A DNA stretch of 61,511 bases, filler included, from Sphacelaria rigidula (taxonomy: Eukaryota), in the NCBI GenBank assembly GCA_964200075.2. It is 4 parts of 4 records of this genome, joined end to end, with 100 filler letters (N's around TTAATTAATTAA, not from the genome) between each part and the next. Parts side by side here need not be neighbours in the genome. Positions count along the whole stretch, not along the records: positions 30,809 to 46,110 come from CAXNAA020001810.1; positions 46,211 to 61,511 come from CAXNAA020001811.1; 2 more parts are not named here. One strand, written 5' to 3'. The notes below the pieces were generated by a model, which searched no databases, was not told where the DNA came from, and was given only the letters and a program-made list of their open reading frames with translations. Both the position numbers and the translations under genes were made by a program. Below, in pieces: positions 37,463 through 51,852 of this stretch; positions within the stretch are counted from its first letter, which is position 1, and every line of letters starts with the position of its first letter.

Positions 37463-40400
37463 CTGTTTTGTGTTGGGACATGTGAGTGCGGGCGACATTG
37501 GCCATGAGATCAGACCGCACCAACACGGGGTGGGTTTCAGACTACCCCCTGGCAATTCTCAAGTAGAAATGGAGAAAATAAACGCAGCGAATACCGACTT
37601 GGGGGGCAACACCGTCGATACGCCCTCAACACGGCTCTCCCGTAGCCTGTAAAAGGCTGCGTGCACCGCCTGTGAAGGCATATCGAGAAACGCTGGTACA
37701 CTGACTTCCACATCATGAGCAGCTGGGCGGCTGCTCCGCCGGCAAACAAGTATCGATCTGTGATGTTACAGTGAATGGATAATGACAAAATGTACAACAC
37801 GCTCATCATCGCCTGTGGGAGTGCTCATTTCGAGAGGCACGGTCGTATACGCTTTGTCGGCGCCGCAACGCGCAACGCACTGAAACTTTGATCCCAGGAC
37901 ATATGAAACACAATCAACAAGCCCATATCGCTGACTCTGGGGTTGCGCACTGCAGGATGGTCCAACGGGAAAAAAAAGAGGTCATATTCTGTTCCGAAAA
38001 AGTTGGTATCTTGTTTCGGCGGAAGACCAGGTATGCATCACATCTTCGCCTGCTCAGATACGCGATGGATACACGAGTACCAGTTTTTCTTCTCTACAGG
38101 AAGGCAGATGTGGAAACATCTTTATGAGTATAAACGATCCATCGAGACAGCAACGGTTGGAAAAGACTTTCAGCGAGTTTTTCAAGTTGCATCGTTCCAT
38201 GCTTGTGCGATTCGCGTGTTCCATCACAGCGTCATCACGGCACTGCACCGCAAAATCGTCTCAACCGTCGACGCAAAGTTTGATCAACACCCGGGGATCT
38301 CGAATCTCTAACGCGGTGCGTTCGACCTTCATCGCGCGAGCTCTCACGACCCACTTTTGTGCAAAAAATGGTATGATGTTCATTGGTCAGGGTTGCGCCA
38401 GAGTGGCTCGGGCTGTTTGCTGTTCCGCGAACCCGGCGAGGACAGCGACCTTTGCAAGACTCTTTACTCCACGCGGCGAAGCAATATACTTGAGTCCAGA
38501 CCAGTACAAGTACGATCCTGAATGTGCGTGTAGATCCTGTCTACAAGTAGGGTTTCTCCCTAAATATGATCAAGACCCAAGTTTTCATCCACCACCGTTG
38601 CTGATAGGCAAGGGTGAACTCAGTCACCGACCAGCTGGATTATCTGGGTCTCATACAGAATGGTGGCGGTTCAACATCTAGTATGTCCCTGGTGGGAATA
38701 CACAATGGAGCAGCAACTCGAGAGGATTCGCGACAGTCTACGGACAAAGAAATCGTGATCTTGAATGTTACCATGCACTGTCAGGTGTGAGGACCCGCCT
38801 TACGGGTGTACCCTACAGTTGCCAACAGGACACCGAATGTACCCTCTACTGACTACTGCATACCGCTCACGAAGCGAGTTCTGATGTTCGAATCATGAGC
38901 TAGCAGCGAAAAAATATGCCATGTCAAGTACTACAGATACGACACGACCGAGTAGGTATACATATCGAACGAAGCTGGTTGTTCCTCGATTCGTAGCATC
39001 GAATGAAGTTGAATTTCCACTAGCAGAGGTACGTGCTTGTAGGATGGGAGCGGTAGGAAGGGAGGGGCGTTTTGACAGACCTCACGTGTGACGTACAATA
39101 CAGGTATCCTCGTACTCCATGTACAATGCCCCATCGCGTTCTCGCGACTCCCGCATCCATATAGAAGAGTGGGATGTGTCACACCCCATTTGACTGATTG
39201 ATAATGAATAACAGGTGTGGTCCTCACAGCGGTTTTCCCGGCCGCGGCAGGCGATGAAAAATTGGGGTCGTCGTCGCACACCACACATCATACATTATAC
39301 GCAACTGTCTGTATGTGTGCACTGGATAAAACTTTGTTGTGGCGCAACTTTCGCGCCAAGGCAGGACAGACACAGGCACAGACACACACACAACTTGCAG
39401 ACACGGTAAACTTTCTTCATGAATTTCGCATGAGGCCGCTGACCTTGCTTGCTACGAAGAACACCCACTAGACAATACAAGGATACGGACGATATGCGTG
39501 TGATAGCAGAAAAGCGTGATGCCCTCGTATCACCGCATGGTGGTGTATGGGTTGAGGGGGCATGTGCAGGGACTAGTGTGCGGACGGGTTGATATCGAAA
39601 ACTATGCTGTTCTTGTTCGTCTTCAGGTCCCCTGAAACTTACATTTTGTCCCCGGCAAGTTTCAGGAAAGAGGCCACGAAGCTGAAAACTATCGCGCAGA
39701 AGAAGCATGAAGGGGCCACATACACCGAACGAAGAAGATGAAGTGCATATAAAATCGGCGTTTCGCACGGAATAAATACCTGCCGCATGTCGAGTCCGAC
39801 CAGCCCATGCCTCAAGTCACAGCTGTACCAGGAATCAGATGTCTGTGTGATGAAGGCAGTAGCATGCGTATAACATACCCCGTTCGCTTCTCCTGAGCTC
39901 TCGTCACGTGAGTGAAGATTCTCGCCAGTCCGTGGTGTATTTGTGCGAGTGGGGTATGCGTAACAGCCGGAACTTTTGTGGGCTATACCGACTGCACAGA
40001 TTTACACAGAATGTGTCGCAGGATCACTACACTAACTGCTGTGTTGTCATGGTAAATTCCGTCTGCCTGGTGTACTATTACACTGGTGTCTGTGCTGTCG
40101 GTGTCAAGTGTTGTGCTTCTTACTGTACTGTTGTTGTAGTTCGGGAATTTTCACCATGATGCTTTTGTCCGATGAAGGAACAATTATTCGCCTGTAAAGC
40201 ATACGAAGACACGAGATCCTTCTGCATGCATTCTTTGGAAAGGCTTGGTTTGGCGAAAGGGGGGCTTGGCTTGGCTTAGCTTGGCGGGGGGAGGGGGTAC
40301 GCACGATCTTGCATGTCATAGTCAAAAATGGGGGGGAGGGGGGGATCCATTTCGTTCAGCAGATGGTGGACCACAGTATGCCAAACACGACACCCGAAGG

Positions 40401-43118
40401 CCAAAAGAGCCGGTTTTCTTCCCTGCGCCTCTGTTTTGCAACAACTGCAACAACAGAAACTACGAGCTGTGTATATATGGAATATGGACGACTACAAGAG
40501 TGCAGTACAACAGTACGGTACACGAAGCACCCATAAACTGCGAAAAAAAACTTCCAGTCGAACAGGCCGCAGACAGACAGTGATGCTGATTGTTCTCTTG
40601 CGATGTCATTTTGTTGTTGCGGCCGTCTCTTTCTCGACTGTGCTCGCCAACTCCAGGTGCAATCCGCCTCTCTGTCCATTTCAGGTTCTTTGCCGCGCTG
40701 ATCTTTTCTCTACAGTACATTCAGCGTCTACAGCGCCCGTGGAAGCCGAGGCCGTCTCGACGGCAGCTTCCACGTGCTTACTGCTTGCTTACCGCGACGT
40801 GAACACAACATAACAAAAAGGTTGACAAAAATCAAAACTTCTTGTAGTCTGTGGTCATCGAAGAACAGGAAACATACATGCGATGTGCGTGTTGGAAGAG
40901 GGGTAAACCGTTCAAATATGATGCGCCCAAACAGAAGACATCCCACCACAGGGGAGCGGGCTGCTAGAGATAACGCGAATCTTGCCTCAATCATGTCTGC
41001 AGGCGGTAACGTCCGAAAACATATGCACGTGCGCATCCTCCACTTCTCGACACATGCGGTACTTCCGTACAGTGGACCTTACACTGATCGGCCCATGACA
41101 GCAACAACGACTGCAACAACAACAAAACCCCGAATGGATTTGTCTCTTCACTTCACTGCACGGGAAGAGTTTCAAGTATTCGCATTGGAGGGCCAGCCGA
41201 CTATACTGAAACCTACCGACACACATGTGACCACGTGCGACACAACATTTAGTCATAAGCGGACGCACCTCGTCCCTCACCCACGACTTCCCGTACCGTC
41301 ACGCACTCAAAAACGCTCAGGCGATGGCACCCCTGTAACTCTGGTAAGACGTGCATACCAACCTTTTGACAGCTTTACAAGACTGTACTGCCTCACTGCA
41401 CTCAATTTTTGAACGGGAATTTTGCGCTCAAGACACGAACGCGTGAAATAATTCGAGTACGTACACCGAGCTCCACGACAGTGAAACTCTCATGGCCAAG
41501 CACATGCTGCTACGAAGAGGCTGAATCACTGGCAAGTCGTGCTGAACCGATACTTGGCACCACCACACACACACCGACCATGATCGCTTCCCTGCTATAT
41601 TGGTGCTTGCCATCTCGTTGCTGAGGCACGTGCGCCTTGCAGTGGCGTGCACACTGCACACGTAAAAGGGCCTATGTATATTTCGAACCCACTATACTAC
41701 AGACACATACACAGCATCATGAACAAGAAACGCGCCTGACAGAGAAAACACGATGTGTTTCAAACCCACCTCTGACGTATAAGTAGTTTCTCGTTCCCGT
41801 GAGTGCCTATGCTCCTATCCAGGTGAGGGGCCGTCTACGACACGTGTTGTACAAGTAGGAGTTGCTTGATAACAGGATAGGGTCTAACATGAATTTGCGG
41901 ACCGAAATCGAAGGCTCTCCGCTCCCTACCACAATCGGCCTGCCGTACTCTACTGTCATGTACTAATCAGTTCCTATACAGTTGTTCCGAGAAAACGTCG
42001 ATACCCGTTGTTGGATGGGCTCTGGTTGAGGGTACTGAAAGTGATATTACCGGTCATATGGAGAAACCCACTCCGAGAGGCAGGAGTAGTCAGCATTTTT
42101 TTTACAGAGTAGGATCATATGTCTATGTTACGAAACGAAGCAAATTGCATGCTAAAGTCAATATTTACAACACTTATCATGGTTACGGCATCCACATACA
42201 GTACAGTATATGTACTATCATACGGACGGTAAAATTATCCCATAATCGTACTCGGATCTTGAATCAGACCAGTACCCGTTGATCATAGTCGGAGCTTTGA
42301 TGTTGCGTGCACCACGCGCATGTCCATCATATCCCAAGAGGAGGTATAAATCGATAGGATAGCTGGCGTAAGATTGGGCTCTCATCTGATACCATGAAGG
42401 TGAGCCGTAGCACTTTCTTCTATCGCACGTGTTTGCATTCCTTCTATGTCGCTGAATCGGGGTTGCGGTCATCTCATGAAAACATGAACAACTCGGGAGC
42501 ATAATACCACGAACATGAACACGTGCCTCGACCACTACGTTTAGTATCTATTTTGTCGGAATCTGCGGGATCTATGCCACCACCTCTACTCGATACACAA
42601 CCGATCGTGGGAACCTGTCTAGGTATGATCCATTTTGAATGCCAAGAGCTTCGTTCTCTCGAAAGTCGAGGTTGAAAATGTGATAATCAGAGGGTGCTAT
42701 ACCTCGTCATGCTCGAAGAGAACGGTGCCGCCTTGGCGTTGCAGAATATACATAGCACACTACACTACACTACAGTAGAACTACAGTCTATGACAGCTGA
42801 GCTGCGCTTCACGCTAGGCTATCACCTTTAACTGCGCGATGATGGTTAACTTCTTGTTGCGCCGGCTACGCATTTGTACTTTGAACTTTTTGACACGTCG
42901 GACAGCTCATGAGCTACCTGGACATTACTCCTTATTTTAGACTACTGATGCGGATCATGAGCTAGCTCGTTTGGCCACTATTTCCGTATTAGCTCCCGAC
43001 AGCGATGGACGCCGAGCACGCCGTGTAGCGGGAGGGTAACGCTTTGGCTTCTCGAACACAGCTGTCCCGTGTTTTGTGTTTTTGTGCAATGGACCTGAGA
43101 GTTATCTTCGATTAGTTA

Positions 43119-44023
43119 CAGTAGTGAGCATCAGAAGTTGTCAGAATTCGTAGTTGTCGTAGTTTTTGAGTTTTTCTCGAGTACCATTCTTCATTAATAC
43201 TTGAAATGCTAGCGCCGGTAGATTTAGGGGGAAAGCGTAGGCCGCGCTCAAACTGCAGTGCCCAAGTTAGTGTTTTTGAGGCAATGCGGACTAGATACCC
43301 CGTTTATCAGGAGAGTGTTATTGACCGTTTTTGGTCTAATGCAAACAGTTTCCAGACTCTTCCGCAACAAAACGGTAAATATTCAGATAATTGAATACGT
43401 ACACAACTCTTCACAATAACGATCGAGATCGTGTTTCCTTCCTATACTGCACAGACCTCAGTCTAGCGTTTTCTTCGGATGGCCTCTTTTCGGGGTTTTT
43501 TCGCATAATATTTTCTGTGAGCACTCGAAAGTGCTAGCGTCGACAGTTTTGACAAAACAAGCAGACCGTGCTCAAATCACAATGCCCAAGTTGGTGTTGT
43601 ACGGGCGATACGGACTAGATTCCCCGTTTATCAGGAGGGTGTTATTGACCGTAAATGGTCCCAGAATCATAGTTTTCCGGCTTTAGCGCAGTGAATAGGT
43701 GGAATTACATAAAAGTAATCCTCTCTGAGTCTTCACTTATATGATCGGGATCGAGTCGGTCCACCGAAAATACCGAAAAGGTAGCACCTGGGGTTGCACT
43801 TCCGCAGGACCCCCAAAGATCGGTCGAGCCCGTAAGTCACTCAATATTGATCGCAGATATATTTTTTTTCTATATTTTTCAAGACGATGAAAATATCCCC
43901 CCCGTGCCCATTTTTTGGCATCCAACAGTCACTGTGATGAGCGGTGGCAAGCGAAACACATTTGGAGAATCTTTGAGAAACTAAGAAATGACGATTTCTG
44001 CATACTTCTGACGCTGACTACTG
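43119..44023 (+). mobile_element. Tc1/mariner-type MITE, family A core with a different TIR
   Basis: TA|CAGTAGTGAGCATCAGAAGT...ACTTCTGACGCTGACTACTG|TA. The core is partly duplicated (about 43200-43345 and 43530-43700). Confidence 0.8.
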
Positions 44024-46110
44024 TATTTCAGGTAGCTCATGAGCCGTCCGACGTGTGAAAATTTTTTCAATCTTGGCATCAGATCATTTGCTCAGACCCA
44101 CGATCGAAAGGCAAAAAATTATCAGGGAACCACCCTTTCACAATTTTTCTGTGGGAGGTACTGCACCGCGCTGCAGTGGCGAGGTGCAGGCGATGCTTTC
44201 CCAGGCAAGAAGAAACACACCATCAACATGAAAAACTCGACCAGGAAGGGGGGAGGGGGACGAGTGACCTAACCAGGAAGTACAGAAGTAGTGAGGAGGA
44301 TGTATTATAGGTACACCTGCATAGTCGATAAAGGTAGAGGCAGAAAAAATCACAGAGAACAGAGGAGAGAAAGCAGCCATATCACGGAAAACAAGCTTGA
44401 AAATAAGCAAACAAACCCAGCAGAGACTCAGAAAACAGAAAGAAAAGAAATGCGGGGAGGGAATGTGGCGAAACATTCACCAACAGATATCGTTGATGCA
44501 GTACCACGCGCGCAGCCTGTGACGAATGGCATCCATACCGTCAGTTGGCTTTTAGTGTGCCTGTCCCCTCTCTCTCTCTCCTATCTGTTTTCACAGTGAC
44601 TCTCTCGCCAGCAGCCCAGTCCGCCCTGAATGTCGTCCATCTGTCGTTCACCTCGTCGTGCTACGAGCTGGGCCAGCTGACAGTGATCTGCGGAAGTATC
44701 CGCGCCGGGCGATGGGTAATCCGGAGCTTTGGGCGCTGGAATTTCAACACAGCATTTTCATCGTCACTACGCACAACCTTCCCGGGAATGCCAAGAAGAA
44801 AAAAAAACAGAAACTTGAAGCGATTTGAAATTTCTGCAAAACTAGAAAGGCCACAGGCTGGTTCACGCATATCACCCAAAAAACACTCATCAGCAAAACT
44901 TCACGCCGGTTTAAGGAGTTACATCCTGAAATTTTGCATGAATGTCCTATAGGTCATTACGCAAATTTGCAGGAACGGGTTTTTTTTTCTTTCTGACTTT
45001 TTTCACCGTTTTGCGGGGGTCCCAGTTTTTGGGGGGAAACCTCGACCCAATCGGACCCCCGTAGAACGGTAACAAACAAAAAAATCGAAAAAACCTCGTC
45101 CATCCAAAGTTGCGTAATGTCCCGAAGCACAGTTGTGCAAAATTTCAGGGTCTCACTCCTCAAAACGGCGTGAGGTTTTTGGGCCTTCTTTGACGTGAAC
45201 ATGGAACTTCAAGCATCAGGTGATCGAGTTTTGCGACGAAAACTTGTGGAGCCCATCCTTGGGTTATGCGGAGGCAGACAGTTCGCGAAAAAATGGGGAA
45301 ATATACATTATATATATATATATATATGTCGTAGTGCCGTTTTTCCAGGGTCCGAAAATGGAGACTACTTCGAAAAACGACTTCGATCCCGTCGGACACC
45401 CGAAAAACGGTGAAAAACTCAAGAAGTACACAAAACATCGACTGTAGAAAGTTGCGTAATGATACGTAGAATACTCATGCCAAGTTTCAGGGTCTAACTC
45501 CTAATGACAGCGTGAAAGTTTGCGCGTTTGTGGAGGACGTGGGCTTCAAACGTGCATCTCCTAACTACTTGGTTTTAGTATGTAAACGTCTTTGGGGTGA
45601 ATTTGACGTCAAGGCAAGAAAAACTATATGAGGTTTTCGAGTTTTTCCACCAAACTTTGTACATGTGTTCCTTGGATTCTCCCGGGACGCATCATTTTCA
45701 TTGTTTTTCTTTTGGGGCATTCTCTACCGCCTTCCGGGGGTCTTCATGCTGGGACCCCCGGAAGCCGGTAGAGAACGGAGAAACCATGAAATATTGTCAA
45801 GGATACGATTTTTCCATTTTGAGCACCAATACCTACGAAACTGCCGAGTTTGAGGGCGATCTGAGCTTTTCTACAACAGATATACGGGACACCGTCACGA
45901 GGCTCACTGGGTCTTTCGTGCGTATCATTAGTGGAAATTAGACGACGCCGACACCCGACATCACCGAAACATCACGGTTTCGGGTGTAATTCGACCCCCG
46001 TAGCAACCGTTTTGAGAATATTATTTTCTCGTTAGATTCCCGTGTAGATGACGGTTACTACGATTTGAAGTATGCAGAGATTGGGTGAAAATTGGGCTTG
46101 GTATTCGTAA

Positions 46111-46210
46111 NNNNNNNNNNNNNNNNNNNNNNNNNNNNNNNNNNNNNNNNNNNNTTAATTAATTAANNNNNNNNNNNNNNNNNNNNNNNNNNNNNNNNNN
46201 NNNNNNNNNN
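46111..46210. other. Artificial contig linker
   Basis: N44-TTAATTAATTAA-N44. Confidence 0.98.
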
Positions 46211-48887
46211 AAAAGGAGGAAAGGAGAAGGGAGGAGAGAAGAAAGAGATAAAGATTGAAAAAAAATGAAAAGTAACGAGTCTCTGGCTCCGTATTTGGGG
46301 GGGGCGGCCTCGTCCAAATCCCATTCTTTGTCTGCCGAGTTGCAGTCTTCATTAATCAAGCTTCAGTCATTTTTGCCTGAAAACGTTTCTTTCTTGGGCG
46401 CGGACAAAAAACGAATCGGAGGGTATTCGAATTTGGCGAAGACACACTTGCTCAGGCAGTGTGATATTCTTCTGCGAATGTTTTTCCTGCTTGTTTTTCG
46501 TGGTCGCACATGGTCGCGATAGATTAATTAAAAAATACAGTGACGAAGGAATGTCGAATTTCATTATTTTTTGCTGCTCGTACCTCCTCCTCGGGACGAG
46601 TCAGCCGTCTCAAGGGATAGCCCACCTCTTGCCCGTGTTGGCCCTACATTTTCGTACGGCGGGTTTGATTAGCACTCCCGCACCGCGTGAATCCTCATCT
46701 CATTGGGTTTGTTTCTCGCCTTCTCACACCTTCAACGATTGGAACCAGAATATGCTTGAACACATAGTATATAGAACTGGCCGCAAGTCAAACGTTGATG
46801 TCACCACAAGATCGCTGCGGCGCGGGAGAAGGAGAAGAAATGTAAGAGCTAGTCGCAGTTGAGGGAGGAGGGGCGTGGGGTAGGGGGTAGGGGGTCGACG
46901 CCAATTAACTCACAGTCGAGACCACGCCGTGGTCAAAACTGACGACAGGGCGCAGCAACAGCTGTCCTGATACTCGGTATCCCCATGCTGTTGACGTATG
47001 ATGAAAGTCTCGTTCAGCCTTCGGAGAGAAAAAGATCGAACACACACGCCCAGCACTACGCCGGCAGCACAAATGGAGGTACAACTTAGGCGTATCATAT
47101 ACTGTAGACTGGGGCATGTAATATAAAACGATGACTGCCCTCCAAACATGATATAAGACGACTACTGCCCTCCAAACGTGATTCGAGTCAATCTGGAAAA
47201 GTCAAGCATTAGAAGTCAAGACTCAAACTCCCTTGAGTACCGTTGGGTTGGATTCGTTCTTGAGTACATTCGGACACACGAGCGAAACATTAGCGCCGGG
47301 AGCAACGATGAAGCTGAAACTTGTTGAGGGCGCGCAATGGTGGATGGGAGCTGAGATGGTTACTTCGTGCCGCGCGGGGCTTTGGCACAGTTTGGCACAA
47401 AACAAAGGTGCTAACAGGAGCTGCAGAACGGAGGGCAGACCGGCACGAAAGGGCGTATGGACAGGAAAAGCATCTGGCCAGCGAAACATTCTGGGCCGTA
47501 ACGGCCTCAAACGAATTGAACGTCAGGGCTCGGGGTATTTTGCGATGCCAACCAGTTCAAGTGCGACAAACACTCAATCAAACCAAAACCCTTGGCGTCT
47601 TCCGAGGGTTCTTGCGCTAGTGTGATGACGCCTGATGAACCACCACTCGAAGAACCGCGGACATTCAAACCCCATCTGCGAAATAAAACGACGGAAGTAT
47701 TCCCGATCGAAGGGACATGTGTTTGTGGTAGCGGAATATTTCTTATCACCCAATTTGACGTCCTGTTGCATGTAGTCAAATAATCGATGCCTTGATGCCT
47801 CCAGGGTGAATCCGTTAATCCGCGGAAAATAAATTAAGTAGCCTTATATGATCTTGATGGTTGGGGTTGTCTGCGTTGCCTTGGTGAGGCAGAAAACAAT
47901 GCGGTACGACAGCAGCAGCCCCAAGCAAAACCAAGGAGTCGGTCCTTGCACAAGGAAGAGGGGCCAGGGTAAACACCCGACCAGCGATAAACTCCGCCCC
48001 CTCTCGTCCTACGCCACCTTATTTTGCTCCGAAGTGTAAACCATGTTTTTTTCCCCTCTTACTGCCAATTCATCCTCTTCCCTGGAACGAGCCCGTGATT
48101 TCGAGGAATCTACCCAACTCTACCTTGGTACGTGCCCTACGTTGTCGTATCGTGGGATGAGTCAGCACTTCTACACTGCCTCGACTGTCGTCCAACACAC
48201 TCAATCAAGTAGACTTTTTTGCTCCGCGCCTCACACACGTCGTGCATTTCAATACTACAATCGTCCACATCACTGCATGATGTAGAAGAAACAGGGATCT
48301 AGTGTGCACCGTGCAGACAGAAAAACAGCGATATCCCTCACAATCCATGAAATTCAAGATGCGTTGTCAAGGCTATAAAGAAACAAACGAGAGGTCGACG
48401 CAGCACTGTCAGTCGGTTAGTCGCGGGCGCTAAGAGGTGAGAGGGTCAATACCCACTGAATCTCTTCTGGACCCCACACGGTGTTTGTATCACGTGAAAT
48501 ATAGATTCGACGCTGTATATTCCCATGTTTGGGTGGTGCTTCACCAACCACATCAGCAGAGGGTGGATCGATCAAGCGGCCAGCGACCAGCGACTAGGAA
48601 CGAGCTGTTTGATTTTTGTCCACCCTAAAGATGCGTGCCGCGGGCCAAACATGCCCTATATAAAATCAAGTATTTACACACAGACGAAAAATAAGCCACG
48701 GATGTTGTACCTGGGCCTTGATCCTTCCGGGGTATATCTCACTGGACTGTTGTTCAGAAAACAACTCAAGAGTTTCTAGGCTTGGTCATCGTTGGATCAC
48801 TCTTATAAGCGAAGACAAAACGTATGAAGAAGAGAGCTACCCCTCCGTAGGCACAACCACACCCTGGATAACAAGATATGTGATATA

Positions 48888-49343
48888 CAGTGGTGGGCGG
48901 TCTGACTGTTCAGGGATGTTTGAATATTTTCTTCGCATACTACTCTTCGATAGAATTCGAAAGTGCTAGCGTAGGTAGATTATGGGACAATAAACAGACC
49001 ATCGTCGAAACACAGTGCCCATGTCAGTGTATGTTGGTGTTATCGGGCGATACGAGTAAATACCCCGTCCATCAGGAGGGTGTCATTTACCGCGAAACAC
49101 TGTTTTTCGGCTCTAGTGCAATTAGTAGGTGGAATTTGACGAAATTTCATCTGTACATTTTTTCACAAGTATGATCGGGATAGACTCGGTCGACCACAAA
49201 CACCGAAGGTAGAAATCTGGGCTGAAACGTGGCAGGACCCCCCGATGGCCGGGAGCGGTGAAAAGCGAAAAAGCCTAAAACAATCGCCGAAACAAAAGAA
49301 TCACCCAATGCCACAAAATCAATAGTTAGGCCGCACACTACTG
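48888..49343 (+). mobile_element. Tc1/mariner-type MITE, family A
   Basis: TA|CAGTGGTGGGCGGTCTGACTGTT...AATAGTTAGGCCGCACACTACTG|TA. Confidence 0.8.
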
Positions 49344-50437
49344 TACGTCTGTGACAACGGGTTCGAGAGATCGTGCTAATGTGCGAACGAAATACTCCGG
49401 AGTTATGACAATGAGACGCTGCACATAACTGGTCATGATGAACAAAATGAGCATGTGTACCGCAAAAGCAGTAGTAGCAGCAGCAGCCGCAGCGGCGGCG
49501 GCAGTAGCGCAGAGACAGGGGGAAAGGGAGTACAGATGAGACGATGGGACATGCGTGAAAGATCAAAACACGCTCTGGGTGTGCAAGCCCTGCCTCAATA
49601 GATAAGACTGCATTCAATCCCTCGGCCGCGAGAGCTGTCCATCTGAATCGTGCATACTTCCATCAAGTGAAATCGATGTGTACGAAGGCTCAACACAACC
49701 CATCACAATCACACGTGAACCTGAGGAATCGACTGCCCCCCTGCGAATCGAAAACACAGAGCTCAAGCCGTAGCTGCTAATGAGCTGAGCTGCTGGAGAA
49801 ATACCAGTTGCAGCTGGCCTTCTCGTCATCTCCTTTCTCGGCTCGGCATCGTCACCGCCCCAGACCGTGAGGAAAGTCACTTGAGTTAATCACTTTTCTT
49901 ACAAGCGAAATCGATGCCGATTTTGATTTGGGATGGTGGCAACTCGCATCCGACCATTTGACTGCCATGGTAGGTTATCTCTTGAATCGGCATCACTTGC
50001 ACGTGAACGTTAAGGCGTGGCCCGCATGACCTACCCTGACGGTCGAGGGGTTGCAACAGCAGGTGCCGTCATCTTCAGTGCCCCACGAAAAATCATCGCA
50101 TGTACTGTGGACAAGCAGCGCCAGCTACATCAGGAGTTCAGAGACGGAAAAAAAAAAAAGGAGAGAGTTGGAGTCGAGGAGATGCGATATGCATGCAACA
50201 TCACAACGCGCTGGAGGCGTGCCAACCCCCCCCCCGAGCGTTAAGCGGGGAAAGACGGCACACTGCTGTTTCACACCTTTTCTGATTCTCAAGTGAACAT
50301 GTTGCCGACACAAATTCTGAGCGGGAATGATGCAGATTCCACACTTTTGCCTCGTTACTAGCCCGAGGAGAAACGCGGGTGCACCCTTGACAGAGGCTCA
50401 TGCAAAAGCTTCACACATGACAAAAACAAAATCAGAG

Positions 50438-50877
50438 GTTAGGCTACTTCTCACGTGTGAAGAAATTAAACTCGTTGAAAAGTGCATTTTTGGTCCCCCT
50501 CCGTCGTTTTTACTCCGAAAATAGGGCTAGGAGGCGGCTTTCAACACCGTGGGATAACTTGCTCTACTCGCTGAGACGGTTCCAGAGCACCTTTGCGTTT
50601 CGTTTTTCGCCAAACTTGCATTTTCAATCACAAACGGTCAAGTTATCTAAAAACAAGGGAAAACTGACATTGTTTGGGTAACGTGACTGTTTGTGATTGA
50701 AAATGCAAGTTTGGCCAAAAACGCAAAGGCCCTCTGGGACCGTCTCAGCGAGTCGAGCAAGTTATCCCACGGTGTCGACAGCCGCCTAGCCCAGTTTTCG
50801 GGAGAAAGTCGACAGAACGGTCAAAAATACACTCTTCAACAACGTTTTGTTTTCTACGCTTAAGAAGTAGCCTCAAC
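50438..50877. repeat. Long foldback (about 210-bp arms, short loop near 50657-50669)
   Basis: For example ACACCGTGGGATAACTTGCTC/GAGCAAGTTATCCCACGGTGT and CCAAACTTGCATTTTCAATCACAAAC/GTTTGTGATTGAAAATGCAAGTTTGG. Confidence 0.9.
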
Positions 50878-51139
50878 ACGGTGAACAGCGCATGGCCCAG
50901 GCAAACCAAAAACACACAGCTTGGTCCGGAGCTGCTCATTAGCTGAGCTGTGCGTGACCTTGCACTTGGAATTCATTGAGAGACGGTGCTTCATGGGAGA
51001 CCCGCGCGAGCCAGTGATAGCTGTGCGCGTTACGTTTCACACAAGAGAAAGGCCAACACAGGAGTTTTCATCTTCTTCACGAGTATCGTTTATAGTTCTG
51101 CACGTTCCTCCTGCGGTACTTGCCTCACATTTCATTGCG

Positions 51140-51323
51140 AGCGACCTTCAGCGACCCCTTCCCCTTGTCGACCGTGAAGTCGGATGTCGTCTACTCACGA
51201 CATGGTCGCTCTTCACTGTTAAGCGTGGTGTGAGATGAACTCCCAGGTTTTGTGACTCCACCGAGATTCGAACCCACGATCTAACCGTTAGGAGGTTTCG
51301 AGGGTACCAACTGAGCCACCAGG
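51140..51323 (-). mobile_element. tRNA-derived SINE, 5' part
   Basis: CCGAGATTCGAACCCACGATCTAACCGTTAGGAGG...ACCAACTGAGCCACC matches the SINE head. Confidence 0.7.
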
Positions 51324-51439
51324 ACGATCGGCTGCCGACTCAAATCTGAAAAAAGAGAAGAAGCCGTTTTGAGTGCCCCGTGATAAAAAAATCACACGAA
51401 CGGTAGAGTAGCAGCAGCAGCTACAAAAGTAGTTCATGA

Positions 51440-51852
51440 ACAGGAAAGGAAAGTGCAGGTCCTCCACTTCGAAGTATGAAATTTGGTCATTTCTTTGTAA
51501 CGGGCGATTTTCTTCGGTTCTTTCGCTTGCCACCGCTCGTCATATTGCGGATCTGAAGATACTAGCATCCGCTTGAAATTCCAAGCCAAGAAAATCATCT
51601 GGGTGAAATATTGAGTGACTTACGGGGTGACCGGTCACCGGGGGTCCTGCCACTTTTGAGCCGAGATTCTCAATCTCCGGGATTTTCGCTTGATCGAGCC
51701 TGTCCCGATCGTATTTGTCAAGAAATGAAAAAGCTTCTCATTTATTTTTCCGCCCACTCACTGCACTACAGCCGAAAAACCGTTTTTCACAGTCAGTCAC
51801 ACCTTCCTGATCAACAGGGTATCTACGCGTATCGCCCGACAACAACCAACAT
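51440..51852 (-). mobile_element. Family A MITE fragment
   Basis: Reverse-complement core (ATATTGAGTGACTTACGGG, GGGGTCCTGCCAC, CCTGATCAACAGGGTATC). Confidence 0.7.
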
